A DNA stretch of 64,000 nucleotides from Raillietiella orientalis (Eukaryota). The DNA is taken from contig JAYWIR010000003.1 of assembly GCA_036172245.1 (NCBI GenBank), forward strand, positions 6,138,001 to 6,202,000, given 5' to 3'. The position numbers were made by a program, and so were the translations under genes. The notes beneath the pieces were generated by a model, which was given only the letters and a program-made list of their open reading frames with translations, was not told the origin of the DNA and searched no databases. Position 1 is the stretch's first letter; every line of letters begins with the position of its first letter. Of this stretch, positions 62,681 through 64,000 are shown piece after piece.

Positions 62681-63352
62681 CTTCAACTTACAGGGGGTAA
62701 CCCCCACCTGTAATCTGAAGAGGAGACCTATGGAAGGACTACCTATGAATCCAGGAAGGACTCCGGTAGAAGGAGTCCGTTCTTCTCTTAAGCTTGGGAG
62801 GGAATCCCGAAAAGAACCTCTTCCTTATTCTCTCCAGAGGGAGCCCCCGTAGGGGCCTCCCCTGGAATTTCTTCTCCGGAGGAAACTTCCAAGGGAACCG
62901 CTCCTTGTTTCCTTCTCCGGAGAGAATCCCGAAGGGGCGCTCCCGAATTTTGTCTGAAGGGTTGCTCCCGAAGGGAGCAGAGCGCTTCTTCACACTCTGG
63001 AGAGGTGTCAATCCACCAGCTCCATGGTACGAGATGATACGAGGGGAGGAGGGGGAGGGACGACTACTCCATTTTCACAACCGGAGGTTGAGGAGGGGAA
63101 TGGCTGCTTGATTCCTGGAAGGACCCCGGAGGGTCCACTTCCAGTCTCGGCCGGTCAACGGGAGCATCCGGCTTTCATCGGTGCCACACCCGAAGCCCGT
63201 GGGCCAACCAACGTTATTTTGTCGGGAGACTCGTAACCCACGACGAGCTCATTTTTAGGGGTCGATGCTTCTCACCGGACGGGATTCGAACCCTCAACGC
63301 TTGCTTCCGTGCGCGCGGACGCAGCGCAGTTGCAAGGCCACCAACGCGGTCT
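62681..63352 (-). mobile_element. tRNA-derived SINE-like element, copy 4
   Basis: Minus-strand head CCGCGTTGGTGGCC...GGGTTCGAATCCC; body motif cctatgaatccaggaaggactccgg; most subrepeats of the four copies. Confidence 0.75.
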
Positions 63353-64000
63353 CCAAAGGCTCGCTTGCTGACAAGTAGGGCAGAGTGAAATGGAAAGTCG
63401 AGGCAGTCGCGTCAACAAAATTCGGAGCTTTCCGGCGTGTGTCAGCTCTCCAGAAGGAAGCGCAAGTTTCCTCGTGCATTCCTGACCGGCAGACGGCAGC
63501 CCTGCGTGAGCGGGGGGTTTCCGTCTCTTTGGTGCTTTATGCTGAGCGCGCCATGTTCCGAAGGCGTCCTCTCCCCTCCCCCCCTCCACTTTTCATGCGT
63601 GCAGCCGTGCAACTGCACGAACCATCTTTAAAGATGTGCGCATCCTTCCCCCTGGCACACATGTGAAAATGAATGGTGCGTGTAGTGCATGGTGGACGGA
63701 AGGCTGCATTGCACCAATTGCATCTGTGCCATGCTCCACGTGGAGCACGAGCTCATGTGCATTTACCTCAGTCTCCGGACCAAGAGCCGGACGTGCCCTC
63801 CCCTTCTTTCCTGAGGACACAGAGCCACACATCCACTTGATTTATTTTTTACCTCTTTTCCTAAAAATCAAGGTGGGAAGATTCGGGCTCGAAGGCACTG
63901 CCACAGCACACATCAGTTTTCTACCAAACCCTGATGAGGCTTCCATTTGCGCGTGTCATGGATCTCGGATACGCACATCTTCCTCTCCGCTCCCACTGGA

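Noticed and set aside
62750..62960. CRISPR-like periodic repeats inside the SINE bodies
   Set aside because: The units are degenerate tandem subrepeats with no unique spacers, no cas genes are present, and the context is eukaryotic.

Overview
This is eukaryotic genomic DNA, most likely from an invertebrate animal (spliceosomal GT-AG introns, minimal intron class of 42-46 nt). It is not prokaryotic, and I found no CRISPR array, rRNA or intact tRNA gene. Two genes could be reconstructed by hand. One is a divergent V-ATPase V0 subunit a gene on + (12 coding exons, 34143-54865, 806 aa). The other is thiamine pyrophosphokinase TPK1 on - (3 coding exons, 55712-54862, 253 aa). They are convergent, and their stop codons overlap in one CTAG palindrome. 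About 2 kb upstream of the V-ATPase start lies an inverted copy of coding exon 1 whose exonic part is far better conserved than its intronic part. The first ~34 kb and the last ~4 kb are GC-rich and contain no intact genes. Their many ORFs look spurious, but frame-shifted non-LTR retrotransposon (LINE ORF2) motifs recur in the correct order, so the block reads as a graveyard of old LINEs. It also holds four copies of a tRNA-headed SINE-like element and a young ~880-bp direct repeat pair 18 kb apart. CpG depletion is confined to the TPK1/V-ATPase 3' end. All calls are by manual reading; no database searches were run.
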